64,000 nucleotides of DNA from the NCBI RefSeq assembly GCF_030144855.1, contig NC_082728.1, forward strand, positions 10,602,001-10,666,000, in the 5' to 3' direction. The notes below the pieces were generated by a model. It did no database searches, was not told where the DNA came from, and saw only the letters and a list, made by a program, of their open reading frames with translations. The position numbers were made by a program, and so were the translations under genes. The DNA is from Hypanus sabinus (Eukaryota). Positions 12,266-63,055 of the stretch are shown here, piece by piece. Numbering within the stretch: the stretch's first letter is position 1; each line of letters begins with the position of its first letter.

Positions 12266-14387
12266 TATCAGACAAGCTGATTAAATATAGTTGCAAGTGT
12301 AACAGCCACGTAGCCCTGTTGTCTCTGATCTCATCCAGAATCCATTGCTTAGGGATCTCTGAGTAAATTGAGATTGCTTAGTAGGCAATTAATGTGTCAA
12401 TATAAACACAACAAAGTCTGTAAATGCTGGAAATCCAAAGCAACAAACACAAAATTCCAGAGGAACTCAGCAAATCAGACAGCACCTATGGAAATAAATA
12501 AGCAATTGATGCCTATGTGTTACTAATGGGTTAACATTTGAACCATTTCATTTCCTCCCTCTCCTTCTAAAAGTTCGTAGTTTTTGGCATTTTAATGCTC
12601 TCAATTAAGTACTGAATGACGAACTTTAAAGACAAATTTTGAAATGAAGTGATGTTTGTGTTGAGAGGCAAGCCAGTGCCCCTCACAAGTTTCTCATTTA
12701 GTCCTATAATAGTGTCAGTCATGCTTTCCACCGTCACTAGTATTTACTGAATGCTTATTTGATACACACAATAGTCTCCCTTATTGCCTCATTGGATTAT
12801 TCTTAGTCAATGAGACAGAAAAGTCAGCTGAAGCTGGTTGCCTCAAATTAATAAATAATAAGAGATTCTGCAGGTGACCGAAATCCAGAGCAACATACAA
12901 AATGTAGGAGGGGCTCAGCAGGTCAGAGACAAGCCGGACCATTTAATTCCCGGATGTGTTGGTGCCAAGATGAGGCCACCCTTATCTTTTACCTCTTCTC
13001 ACCCGCCTATTACTTCCCTGAGGTGCCCCTCCTCCTTCCCTTTCTCCTCGGGTCCTCTCCTTTGAGATTCTTTCCTCTCCAGCCCTCGACTTTTCCCGCC
13101 CACCAGGCTTCACGCTTCACCTTCCACCTTCCTATCCCGGCACCCTTTCCAGCCCCAGGGAAGGGTCTCAGCCCGAAATGTCATCTATTCACTTCCATCG
13201 ATGCGGCCTGATCTGCGGAATTCCTGCAGCATTCTGCAAGTGTTACTTCGGAGTTCCAGCGTCGGCAGTTTACCGGAAAAGCCAGCATCCGTGGGGAGGG
13301 GAATACACGGTCAGGCCGAGACCCTTCATCAAATCCTGAGGGGGTAGACCTCCCCCTCACCTGGTCTCACTCATCACCTGCCATCTTGCACTCCTCCCCC
13401 CCTCCCCACCTTCTTATTCTAGTTTCCACCCCCCCAACACTTCCTCTCCAGTGCTGATGAAAAGTCTGCGGACCGCTCCATAACTGATGCCTGACCTACC
13501 GAGTTCCCCCAACATTTTATGTGTTGACTCAAATTTATGTTTAGCGACTTTAAGAAACTGAGTCTTGATAATCTAAAGAATTTTTTTTAACTTTCTAATC
13601 ATAAACGATACGCACTGGAACTCAAACATTGGCTACAATACAAAAGTTCTATTATCACTGTCGCCCTTATCACCGCCAAATGACGAATGTTTCCACTGTC
13701 AATATTTTCCAATTCATTCACTCGACGGGAGGTCTTTACCCGTTTAAATAATTGGGGTTGTGTTTCAAAGGACATACATGTCACCCCGCGATTCATTTTC
13801 TTGCGGGCTTTCACAGTAAACACGACAGAATCATTGCAAGACCGCGCCCAACAAGACGGACAACAGCCATCGTGCAAAAAAAAACCCCTGCAAATACAAA
13901 AATAAATAAACAATAAGTATCGAGAACATGAGACGAAGAGCCTTTTAAGTTGTGGCAGCAATTCAGTGATGGGGCGAGTGAAGTTATCCCCTCTGGTTCA
14001 AGAACCTGATGGTTGAGGGGTAAGAACTGTCCTTGAACGTGGTGGAGCGGGTCCCGAGGCTCCCGAACCACCTTCCTGGTGGCAGCAGCGAGATCCGAGC
14101 ATAACCTGGGAGGTGGGGGCGTTGATGGGTGCGACGGCGTTCCGTGGAGATGTGCTCAGCGGTGGGGAAGGCTTTGCTTCACCTACGCAAAATGCATGGA
14201 ATAATTTGAGAAAGAATGCAAAGCGGGGAGGAGAGAGCAGATACCTCGCCTAAACCACTCCAATGAAAACCAAATTGTGACGGGAGTCAAACCGTAACTA
14301 TGTATACGGAGCTCAAAATAGCAGGGTAAAAGTAATATCTAGCATTGCCGGCAACCTACACACTGGAACCAACAATCTTTTACTGAC

Positions 14388-14517
14388 CTAGCAGCAAAAT
14401 TTTCACCACGTTCAACTCTTGTTTGGCATATTCATAGAGAGCGCGGTCAATCTTGTCGCTGCGGAGCCGCGCCTGCCGTTCCTCGGCGCTGCTCTCCGAT
14501 CCCAGGCACAGTCCCAT
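14388..14517 (-). CDS. gnav1: G-protein alpha subunit, Gv class, coding exon 1 (MGLCLGSESSAEERQARLRSDKIDRALYEYAKQELNVVKILLLG)
   Basis: MG..C acylation-type N-terminus, S..ID..L helix, KILLLG strand, phase-1 donor GTCAGT. MGLCLGSE and LYEYAK.ELNVVKILLL match fish Gv as I recall it. Confidence 0.9.
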
Positions 14518-14689
14518 TGCCGCCGACCATTTCTTCCCCAAGTGGAAGGTAGCGAGCTGAGGTGGGATGAATCTCTCCTGTGCCCCTGCACCCCACCCTC
14601 TCTGACTTCAGGAGCAGTCCCTCTTCCCCCCCTTCACTTCCCCGGACTTGCACGTGTCCTCATGTTGCTCCGTCGCGCATCAAAACTTT

Positions 14690-14800
14690 GTTTCCTTCTC
14701 CGCCCGCGCCTCCCGAAAGTTTAAACCGCTGGCGCCCTAGTTACACTAGGAAACATCCCCGGTCAAACTCAGAGGAAATGACGTCGGCCTGTGGAGGCTT
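14690..14800 (-). promoter_or_regulatory. Putative gnav1 promoter
   Basis: CpG-rich block, TTTAAA near 14722, X-box-like GTTTCCTAGTGTAAC (14754-14740), GGAAATGACGTC ETS/CRE-like motif (14774-14785). Confidence 0.5.
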
Positions 14801-15470
14801 CTCATTTTGGGAATGCAGAAGACTAGTTTGCAAAATAATGTTTCTCAATTTAAAAATCGCTTAATCTCCAACTGGATACAAATCTACCTGATACTGCGTC
14901 ATTAAAATAGAAAACTCACAGCCTCTGTGGAAAGGGAAGCGGAGTTAACTGTTCAGGCCAGTTCTGAGGAAGGTTTAAAATAAACACTAGCCGCTCGTAT
15001 TTCTGTACTCTGGCTTGCTGAGTGTTTCCAACATTTTCAGTCATTTTCTAAATTTCAGTTTTCGAGCTTTTGCGATTTTATTTCGCTTTTTATTTACTGC
15101 TATAGCACGAATGTCGTACAATCGATCTTGTGGTACTTTGGAAAGCAAGCAATTCAAAATAATTTACAGCCAAGTATAATCATTGTGGTAGGAGAAGCAG
15201 CCGCCAATTTTCACGAAACAAATATAGACAAGGAAATTGCCCACTTTCAAAACAGTGGGATCTTACAGCAAACGAAAAAGTACCAGTAAAAAAATGGCCA
15301 CAAATCTCAATTCAAACTGTAGGAGGATATCAAAATGCACTTTCCTGCTAGATCCCACGCAGAGTAGCTGGGATCGAGGATGGTTTATGAAGATACTGTT
15401 GCTGAACTTTCCAAGAAATCCTGTTATTTCAGCAGAAGCACTTGTGGAAATAGTAAGATACATGAGATGG

Positions 15471-15867
15471 AGTACTGTGCCAATGTCTTAGGCAGCCTAG
15501 ATTAAAAAAAATACTGTATATAGCTTCAGATGGTATGGCCCATAATCATCCATGATGTCTGGGGTTACCTGGAGAGTCAGAAACAAGCGAAACAGCCACA
15601 GTCTGCAGAACTGTAGCAAATTCTCCAAGATGCTTGGAACAATCCACCAGCCAACTTTGTTATAGAACTGCGGGACAGTGCACTGAAGAGAATTGATGTA
15701 GTTTTAAAGGTCACTCCAAATATTGATTTGATTTAGTTTTTTTTTACTGTTTACTGCTCTTTATAGTAATTTTTTCATACTTAGAAACATCTCATTCCAT
15801 TACTTTTGAAAGCATCATCACTTTACAGAATTTTTTACATATGCGTAAGATTTTTGCACTACTGTAT
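15471..15867 (+). mobile_element. Internally deleted Tc1-like element (C-terminal transposase remnant)
   Basis: TIR-like agtactgtgc...gtcttaggca and tgc.taaga.ttttgcac..ctgta ends, VWGYLE and LQDAWNN remnants. Confidence 0.65.
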
Positions 15868-18049
15868 AGCTTATGTGTAGTGATTTTAAACAAAACCAAA
15901 TGATCAGTTTGATGCAAGCTGCTCGTTGCAAGTGTATTTTCCTAAGCAGGCTGATCCATAAGCAAATCATCTTCGACACAGCATAAGATCCGCACCAAAT
16001 GTTTAAACTCGTTAGGTAGAAGGTACAAGAGCCTCAGGGCTTGTACCACCAGGTTCAAGAACAATTACTACCTCTCAACCACCAGGCTCCTGAATAAAGA
16101 AGGATAACTACAATCACTCATTGAGATGTTTCCCACAACCAATGGTCTCACTTTAAGGACTCTTTATCCTATTGCTATTTACCTTTATTTGCATTTGCAC
16201 GGTTTGTTGTCTTCTGCACTCTGGTTGACCTTTCATTGATCCTGTTATAGTTACTATTCTATAGATTTGCTGAGATTGCCCATGTGAAAATAAATCTCAG
16301 GGTTGTATGTGGTGACATGTATATACTTATAATAAAATTTACTTAGAATTTATTTTGAAATATGTTCTTCCTGCACATTTAGGTCTACTGTCTTTCAGCC
16401 TGTTTCAGATGCATTTATGTTACCTGTGGAACTGACATTAAAGACTTCATAAACTAAAAAGCAAGAATCAGTACTATTCATTTCAACTTGTTATCACTCC
16501 CATTATAGAGGGCACAACAGTGCTTTAAATATATATATATATATACAAGCTGTCTATCCAGTTTTCTTTTTCCTTTATTCATTCTCCCCCATATGCTTCC
16601 ATTTTGTTTTGTAATTCCAAAAACACAAAAATTAATTGGATTGAAAACAAGAGAGCTGGAAGTGCAAGTCTAACTTCATTTTCACTTCAAGTGAGGCACA
16701 CATATGACATACACAGCTCTTGTGTTTCTGCATATAACTTGCAATAAGTTATTTAAATGAACAAGAATGCTTAATTGAATATATTTACAATATTACTGAA
16801 ATAATAAATGCACAATTTCTATCTGCCAATCAAAATCTACCCTATCACTTACCTGCCTCTATCCCACCATTCACTATATACTGCTGTTCACTGGCAATCT
16901 GTCCCTCTCCTGTGTCAGTCCTGATGCAGGCTTTGACCCAAAACGTCGATCATATCTTTTGCTTCCACAGATGCTGCAGACTTGCTGAGTTCTTCCAGCA
17001 TTGTGCTTCTTTTTGTAGATTCCTGTAGAATCCAAATTTGGCTGCAGTATGGTGTAATATCATAAAAATTACTGTAAGTTACAGTAAGAAATATTTTAAA
17101 AAGTCCTGCAAAAAGAGAGCTAAAATTGAGGTAGTATTCATGATCTGTTGGTGGAGAGAAAGCTGCCCCTTAAATACTGAATGCATGTCTTAAGGCTTCT
17201 TTCTCTCCTCCTTGGACGGCAGGAATGAGATGCGGGCACGTCCTGAATGCTGAGGGATTCTGTTGCCGATATTGAAGGATGTTGTCGTTGTGAGTACTTT
17301 CTTGGCTGAATCTTGATTTGTGTTTATCACAGACAGAAAATAGATATAAAAAAAACTTTTAAATAGATACACAAGTTGCGTGCAGCCCAAGTAACTAAAA
17401 GGGAGCTGGAAGAACAGTAAAAAGATTGAGTCTTACTATTATAGTCAAAGTTAAATTTATTATCTAAGTACATGTATGTTACCTTGAAATTCAATTTCTT
17501 GCAGGCATTTACAGGAAAATAAAGAAATACAATAGAATTTAAGAAAATAATACATAAGAAAGACGGACAAAAAACCAATGTGCAAATAAGACAAATTGTG
17601 CAAGTAAAAATAAATAATACTGAGAACGTGTTCTAGAGTCCTTGAGAGTGAGTGTATGGGTTATGGAATCAGTTCAGAGTTATGGTGAGTGAAGTTATCC
17701 ATGCCAGAGATGACCCCAGACACAAAGAATTTATGGAATAAGTCACAAATTTGAGGAGTCACAGATTTCTATTTGATCTCCCATAGCACAGACTGGTTAT
17801 TAGGGTTTTATTCTTGCTCAATAAAATATTAATGAATCTAATTACAGCAGTTGTGCTGTAATTTTATGTAAAAACATGCTTCAACATTGTCACTTAATTG
17901 CAGTGCTGAAGGAATCTTGCATTCTTGGGAGTTTCTGGTGAGGAATATCATCCCATGGAGCGCAGGTAAATTCTTCAGTATTGTGACCAATCCCTTCACT
18001 CAGAAGCATAAAAATAGTTCAGTCATTATTTGATCCCACATCCAAAGAT

Positions 18050-18660
18050 CCTCCAAAGTTGCTTCACAAGTTGATAGGATTGTTAAGAAAGTTGGCTTTC
18101 ATTAGTCGGGATATTGAGTCAGAACCGCGAGGTAATGTTGCAGCTCGATAAAACTTTGGTTAAACCATACTTGGAATATTGTTGTTCAGTGTCAGTCACC
18201 TCATTATAGGGAGGATGTCAAAGCTTTGGAGAGGGTGTAGAGGAGATTTACCAGGATACTGCCTGGACCAGAGGCCATGTCTTTTGAGAGGATATGTCGA
18301 GCCAACTAGGGTTTTTTTCTTTAGAGCAAAGGAGGACGAGAGGTGATTTGGTAAGCGGCATGATTGAATGGACATATTTTTCTCCCCAGGAGATATAATT
18401 GTAAGGCGATTGGAGGAAATTTGGAGGGGGGGGGGGATTATCAGATAGTACTTTCTTTTACACAGAGAGTGGTGGGTGCATGGAATGCTGTGGTGGGGGT
18501 GGTGGTAGGAGAAATATGTTAGAGATATTTAATACACTCTTAGGCACAGGCATGATAGAAAAATGGAGGGCTATGTAGGAGGGAGGGGTAGGTTATAAGT
18601 TTGGCAGAACATCATGGGCTGAAGGGCTTGTCCTGTGCTGTAGTGTTCTTTGTTCCATGA
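18050..18660 (+). mobile_element. CR1-type LINE 3' fragment
   Basis: KTLVKPYLEY remnant and gggctgaagggc.tgt.ctgtgctgt tail. Confidence 0.75.
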
Positions 18661-18764
18661 TCAGATTGTTTATGGAAGCTTACTGTGCATAAACTAGCTG
18701 CCACAGCTCCCCCATCATAATAGTGACATTCAAAGTATTCTTAAACAACTGGTAAAATTGGTAT

Positions 18765-21450
18765 ATTTATCATGGGCAAATTTATTATATTTTATTATTA
18801 ATGACTTTACACTTTCAAGAAAAGTGGTTTTTATAATCTAAGAAAACTTACAAAACAGGAAACTAAATTCTCACAGAGAATTTGCACTAACAGAAATGCA
18901 GAGAATTAAGTCCAAAACAAGTGTACTTATTCTTTAATTAGTCATGTCCCCTTCCTTATCCCACAATGGAGAATGTATGTAACAATAGAAAATATGCATT
19001 ACAGCGCAGTCATTTTATAGTCCATTATTTGTTAGCCTGTTGGAGCTTTCTTCTGAATTCGTAACACAAATCTCCTGAGGGTTGTACTTTATAATAATTT
19101 CCATTTTGCTGGAGGTGTTAAATGAAGCCCAAACCAAATGTTCATGCAATTACACTTTCCAGAGCTGGGCAATCCACTGGTAAAAAGACTTATTATAGCA
19201 GTATGAACAAAGCGAGCCTTCCATTATGGTGCACTATTAAAACTATTAGAATTTGAAGTTAAATCAGAGAAACGACTTAACTTATTTTGTGTAATTACCC
19301 ATTCAGAACTAAGACAGGTCCCCACTTAAACTTATCGACTTTCCTTATCCCTGTGTCATCATCTTTTAATTACCATGATTCAGAGAGTAATAGAAACACA
19401 GATCTCAATAGTGATAATAACTTATTGAAAAGAAAATCAGCTGAGTACAACTTCCACACAGAAAGTGTTTGAAATACAAAGGTTAATGAAAGGGGCATAT
19501 GAAAGCAAATTAACGAGAAACATTTACAGTGGTTTGTTGAAGTTCACACTTCACTAATTCAGAAGCATACCAAATAAAATGAGTATTAGTTTTTATTTGT
19601 TGGGTTCCATCCATTTTTACCATTAGACATTTCTCTTAATTCATCACTGGTGTGAAGTTAAAAGTTAACTTTTAACTTCAAAATTTAAAAGTTTTATGGG
19701 TACAGGTTTGTCAGGACGTACATTCGTTAAAGTTGTAACTTTTAGAAACAAACATGAAACAGAATACTTAAATTAATTCAAGCAAAATCACCATATTAAA
19801 AAGCAAACAAAATAATGGTAAAACAAATTTACAGAACGTAATAAAATATCAAAGAAAAATATTTTCTCTAAGTATGAAACAAAGGAAAAAAATGAGCAAA
19901 TATTAATTACTTCTGCTTCTGCAGAACACCTGATGATACAAATCAATAAGATACGCTTACATTATAATGTTACTGGTTCAGTTGCAAAGGTCACTCACTC
20001 TTAATGTTACTAATTATAGAAATGTGGACATTGAGGGATACATGTACATTTCAAGTGAAAGTAATTCCATAATTTCTAAGTAAATTATGAAATAATATTC
20101 CATAATTTCTAGGTAAATTTCTAAGAAAGAAATTTATTTGAGCTGCTTACATGGTTAAGTGCTGGAATACAAACCAGATCTAAAGAAAAATGCATGAATT
20201 TGCAATGTTTAATTTTAAGCCCTAATTAAAAGAGAGTTAGGATATAACAGATTTACTATCAGCTTATTGTAGAAATGGGTAACTATAATTTACTGGACAG
20301 TATGCATTACAGACCCTTTTGAAATACTATATGGTCCCTTGAAATAACAGTTACCTAAATGAATTTTGCTTCGGAATAATCAGAACTACCAAATATGCTA
20401 AGAGAAAAAGAATTACCAGTTCCATTTGTGTCAAATTATTCTTTTAACCACCGAGGACTATTTGTTGTTGGGGATGTGGGTCAGTGGTGAGATGGCCACA
20501 AAAGTTCATAATCTTTATTAAATAAACGAGATTTAAAATTGCTTCCTGCACTATGACTGAGGATCATAGGTTAATATGGAGCCATAGAGCACCTAGTTGA
20601 TACCCAACTATTATTCTAACTCGTCCCATTGACCAGCCCTTCCATATATGTTCCAATCCAAATTTCTCTTTAATGTTGAAATCAAACCTGCATCCACTAC
20701 TTCCACTGGCAGTTCGTTCCAAACCCTCATGTTCCAGCCTCACTCAACCACAGTGGAAAAAGCCTGCCTGCATTTACCCTTTCGATACCCCTCATGATCT
20801 TGAATACCTCTGTCAAATATCTCCTCATTCCCTTACGCTCCATGGAATAAAGTCCTAACCTATTCAACCTTTCCCTGTAACTCTGGTCCTCAAGTCCCAG
20901 CAACAGCCTTATTAATTTTCTCTGCACTCTTTTAACCTTATTGATACCTGCAAATTAAATTGATACCATTGTTTAGTTAGTAAACACTAAAATAGTTTTA
21001 ATTTTAATTGCACCTTAAATATCCTTATAAATAGAAAAAGCAGCATGATACATAAATAAAACTAAATTACCCACAAATATGACAGATTTTTTGAAAAGTC
21101 TGCAATAGCAGATCTTTCACAGGTCAATCAAATGAAAATAGAATATGCAATTTTAAATTATATACTTAAAAGATTTTACTGCACTGGACTGTAAACACAT
21201 TCACTAACCATCTGGATATTTACAAGCCACTGCTTTAGTACACCCAAATGTTCAGACCATTCCTTTGGTGCATCCCATAATTTTAAATTAAAACTATTAT
21301 TAAAAGTTTTGCCAAGCAAACGCACTGCAAAAAATCTAAAGCACTTAAATCTGGTAGACATAAAAAGAAAACAGTGCTGATGTAAGATCGTTCATTAAAT
21401 TTAGTGTACTGATGTAAATGCCCATCCTGAATGCACGCTTCAGCACTGCA
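18765..21450 (-). other. Probable long PCYT2 3' UTR
   Basis: AT-rich, largely repeat-poor block after the stop codon, ending at two AATAAA (minus strand) at 18781-18796. Several upstream AATAAA could be alternative poly(A) sites. Confidence 0.5.
20575..20945 (-). mobile_element. CR1-type LINE 3' fragment inside the putative PCYT2 3' UTR
   Basis: SYRERLNRLGLYSMER...EVFKIMRGIERVN. Confidence 0.8.
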
Positions 21451-60815
<39,365 letters not shown>

Positions 60816-61386
60816 GCTGCCGGCTCTGTGCGGTCACACACCCACTCGCACCCGCTGAGGCTGCCGACCGAAGCCGCAGGAGACACGCCTCCCCCCCGGC
60901 CCCGGCCCCGGCTCCCTCCCCGCTCGCACCACCCACTCTCGGCCAATCGGAGCTCGCCCCGCCGCCGGAAGTGACGCAGGTTGCGGGGGAACGGCGAAGG
61001 CCCCGCGGACAGAGGGATCAGGCAAGCCGCAGTCGGCGTGTACAATATTCCGCGGTTAATAATGGGGTGGATGACGGATGATGAAAACCAACCACAGCGC
61101 GCGTCACTTGCTGACAGAGTCAGAACTGAAGTGAGCGGTTGACTGATGGTAGAACCAGCCAATCAGCAACGGGTACGTGCTGCTGGTGCAACCCCTCCCC
61201 CCTGCAGTGATTGGTGAAGCCGACGAGTCACCGGGAAGCTTCAAATTTGACGTCATAACAGACGAGGCGCGCGGTCATGACTGACTGACAGCGGAACTAA
61301 CCAATTGTAACCTGGACGTTTACGAATAGGACGAATCGCGTCAGGGAATCTGCTCTGGGGGCGGGTTTGGGAGAGAGCCGCGAAGA
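60816..61386. promoter_or_regulatory. CpG-rich bidirectional promoter (PCYT2 / putative CENPX)
   Basis: 571 bp between divergent ATGs. CCAAT boxes at 60943, 61159, 61210 (reverse) and 61301. CCGGAAGTGACGCA ETS+CRE at 60965-60978, TTCAAA (CHR-like) at 61240, full CRE TGACGTCA at 61248-61255, GC box at 61358. Confidence 0.8.
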
Positions 61387-61410
61387 ATGGAATCCGCCAG
61401 GTTCAAGAAA
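61387..61410 (+). CDS. CENPX: First coding exon of a divergent gene (MESARFKK), probably centromere protein X
   Basis: agaATGG Kozak context, perfect GTAAGT donor, phase 0. Resembles the CENP-X N-terminus (ME...GFRK then E.V). CENPX lies in the same human 17q25.3 block as PCYT2. Only 8 codons are visible. Confidence 0.55.
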
Positions 61411-61728
61411 GTAAGTACCCTGATGGCAATGTTTTTATTGTGATGGCTGCTCCTTCGGTTGGTTTTAAATCTATTTGATTTTAAATGAATACTCACCATC
61501 TGCAGCTTGTACAGTATTCTTAAGGCCGTGTTCATAATCTGCATCAGGCAGTTACTGAAAGAGAAGCTCTTCGTAAATCGGAGCATTAAAGCCCGGGTTC
61601 GTAGGGGGCATATCTAAAGGCGATGGGAAAGGATTGGGTAAAATGTCTAGGAGGTGCCTGACTGGATGTTTTTTTTTTAACGCTTGAAAATCAAGCAGTT
61701 GTTTCCATTACGCCCATTACATTCCATT

Positions 61729-63055
61729 ACCTGGACAAGCCGGCGAGCACTGTGAGGGTCATGTTTTTTGACTTCTCCAGTGTGTTCAACACCATCCGCC
61801 CTGCTCTGCTGGGTGAGAAGCTGACAGTGATGCAGGTGGATGCTTCCCTGGTGTCGTGGATTATTGATTACCTGACTGGCAGACCACAGTACGTGCGCTT
61901 GCAACACTGTGTGTCAGACAGAGTGGTCAGCAGCACTGGGGCTCCACAGGGGACTGTCCTGTCTCCCTTTCTCTTCACCATCTACACCTCGGACTTCAAC
62001 TACTGCACAGAGTCTTGCCATCTTCATAAGTTTCCTGCTGACTCTGCCATAGTTGGATGCATCAGCAAGGGAGATGAGACTGAGTACAGGGCGACGGTGG
62101 GAAACTTTGTCACATGGTGTGAGCAGAATCATCTGCAGCTTAATGTGAAAAAGACTAAGGAGCTGGTGGTTGACCTGAGGAGGGCCAAGGCACCGGTGAC
62201 CCCTGTTTCCATCCAAAGGGTCAGTGTGGACATGGTGGAGGATTACAAGTACCTGGGGATACGAATGGACAATAAACTGGACTGGTCAAAGAACACTGAG
62301 GCTGTCTACAAGAAGGGTCAGAGCCGTCTCTATTTCCTGGGAGACTGAGGTCCTTTAACATCAGCCGGATGATGCTGAGGATATTCTACGAGTCTGTGGT
62401 GGCCAGTGCTATCGTGTTTGATGTTGTGTGCTGGGGCAGCAGGCTGAGGGTAGCGGACACCAACAGAATCAACAAACTCATTCGTAAGGCCAGTGATGTT
62501 GTGGGGGTGGAGCAGCAGGCTGAGGGTAGCAGACACCAACAGAATCAACAAACTCATTCGTAAGGCCAGTGATGTTGTGTGCTGGAGCAGCAGGCTGAGG
62601 GTAGCGGACACCAACAGAATCAACAAACTCATGCGTAAGGCCAGTGATGTTGTGGGGGTGGAACTGGACTCTGACGGTGGTGTCTGAAAAGAGGATGCTG
62701 TCCAAGTTGCATGCCATCTTGGACGATGTCTCCCATCCACTCTATAATGTACTGGTTAGGCACAGGAGTACATTCAGCCAGAGACTCATTCCACCGAGAT
62801 GCAGCACTGAGCAACATAGGAAGTCATTCCTGCCTGTGGCCATCAAACTTTACAACTCCTCCCTCAGAGTGTCAGACACCCTGAGTCAATAGGCTGGTCC
62901 TGGCCTAATTTCCACTTGGCATTATTTACTTATTATTTAATTATTTATTGTTTTATATTGCTATATTTCTACACTATTCTTGGTTGGCGCGACTGTAACA
63001 AAACCCAATTTTCCTCGGGATCAATAAAGTATGTCTGTCTGTCTTGCCTGTCTGT
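61729..63055 (+). mobile_element. Young 5'-truncated Rex1/Babar LINE with internal 75-76 bp triplication
   Basis: FFDFSSVFNTI, GAPQGTVLSPFLF, KFPADSAIVG (catalytic DD broken), AATAAA plus (tctg)n tail. Near-identical to 47963-49173. Confidence 0.93.

Noticed and set aside
61752-62348. 198-aa reverse transcriptase ORF as an active or host gene
   Set aside because: 5'-truncated LINE, catalytic DD mutated to AD, frameshift near 62340.
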